Part shown: positions 62,757 to 64,000 of the stretch, piece after piece
Layout of the letters: each line of letters begins with the position of its first letter
Position numbering within the stretch: the stretch's first letter is position 1
Assembly: GCA_030390025.1 (NCBI GenBank)
Contig: CM059433.1
Location: 10,976,001 to 11,040,000, forward strand
Length of the DNA: 64,000 nt
From: Squalus acanthias
Lineage: Eukaryota
Reading direction: 5' to 3'
Notes under the pieces: model-generated
Told to the model about the DNA's origin: nothing
The model's database searches: none
Seen by the model: only the letters and a program-made list of their open reading frames with translations
Program-made: the position numbers and the translations under genes

Positions 62757-63272
62757 ATGGTCAGCCAAAACTCGGCTGCCCGTGTCCTAACTCACACCAA
62801 GTCCCATTCGTCCATCTCCCCTGTGCTCGCTGACCTACATTGGCTCCCGGTTAAGCAGCGCCTCGATTTCAAAATTCTCATCCTTGTTTTCAAATCCCTC
62901 CATGACCTCGCCCCTTCCAATCTCTGTAATCTCCTTCACCCCACAACCCCCCGAGATATCTGCGCTCCTCTAATTCTGCCCTCTTGAGCATCCCTGATAA
63001 TAATCACTCAACCATTGGTGGCTGTGCCTTCTGTTGCCTAGGCCCTAAGCTCGGGAATTCCCTGCCTAAACCTCTCCGCCTCGCTACCTCTCTTTCCTCC
63101 TTTAAGACGCTCCTTAAAACCTACCTCTTTGACCAAGCTTTTGGTCACCAACCCTAATTTATCCTTATGTGGCTCAGTGTCAAATTTTTTGTCTTAAAAT
63201 ACTCCTGTGCAGCGCCTTGGGATGTTTTACTACGTTAAAGGCGCTATATAAATACAAGTTGTTGTTGTTGTT
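62757..63272 (+). mobile_element. L2 LINE 3' end
   Basis: QNSAARVLT...ISPVLADLHWLPVKQRLDFKILILVFK; (gtt)n tail. Confidence 0.9.
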
Positions 63273-63525
63273 GAACACCACCACTTCCAAGTTCCTCTCC
63301 AAGTCACACACCATCCTGACTTTGAATTATATCGCCGTTCCTTCATCGTCACTGGGTCAAAATCTTGGAACTCCCTCCCTAACAGCACTGTGGGAATACC
63401 TTCACCACACGGACTGCAGCAGTTCAAGAAAGTGGCTCACCACCACCTTCTCAAGGGCAATTAGGGATGGGCAATAAATGCTTGCCTTGCAATTGACGCC
63501 CACATCCCATGAATGAATAAAAGAA
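63273..63525 (+). mobile_element. CR1-group LINE (second family) terminal fragment
   Basis: Matches 59566-59785. Confidence 0.85.
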
Positions 63526-63851
63526 AAATAGGAGAATGAGATAACAGTGGGTTTAACCTGAAGTTTTTGTTAACATTCATTACTGTTCAGTTTCGTTCCC
63601 TCAAATTATGCTGCTACCAAAACCAGTCAACTGGCTTACTGTCCAACACACACATACACACATGTGCATGCAGACACACACTTTCGAGTACAGATAACTT
63701 GATAATGGTCAAGAATGGGTACCTTACCTAATCTGTTCTCTTCACTAGCTGAGGTTAATTGTACTGACAAACGGGCTGAGATCAGCTAACTCGACACAAG
63801 CCAGAATGAAAGCCTAGGCCGTTCTGGTGGATGAGTACATCACAAAATTAG

Positions 63852-64000
63852 GTTAAATACGATCTTATTCACCCCATTACTGTTCCTATTGCTATCAGTG
63901 ATACTGCCCAGCAGTGAATTGTATTAAAGCTGGGTGAAAATCATCAGTCTGTGTCTGTTTCCACCACACACTGATCTCTGTATGGTTCGCTGCTGTTCCT
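63852..64000 (+). repeat. Exact direct copy of 61242-61390, running off the window end
   Basis: 149 bp identical on base-by-base reading; offset 2610 bp. Confidence 0.95.

Overview
Repeat-dense vertebrate genomic DNA with no recognisable host protein-coding gene. The host is most likely a cartilaginous fish (inference): the window carries HE1-type V-SINEs, SacSINE1-like Deu-domain SINEs and CR1/HER1-type LINEs. Much of the window is nested mobile DNA: CR1, L2 and RTE LINE fragments, Penelope-like elements with hammerhead-ribozyme motifs, PIF/Harbinger transposons (spliced Myb/SANT gene, HARBI1-like transposase) with several MITEs, and minisatellites. The most notable object is a decayed minus-strand endogenous retrovirus at about 17567-25843. 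It has gag (CCHC knuckle, PSAP), a probably in-frame TGA, then protease, a YVDD reverse transcriptase, a degenerate RNase H tether, a second RNase H and integrase. Its envelope is built like a paramyxo/pneumovirus fusion (F) protein: early KRKRR cleavage site, long Cys-rich F1-like part, C-terminal TM. This matches the lokiretrovirus design, a lineage I do not recall being described from sharks. The window ends inside an exact local duplication (offset 2610 bp). All family assignments come from motif recognition by eye; no database searches were run, and boundaries are approximate unless TIR/TSD are quoted.
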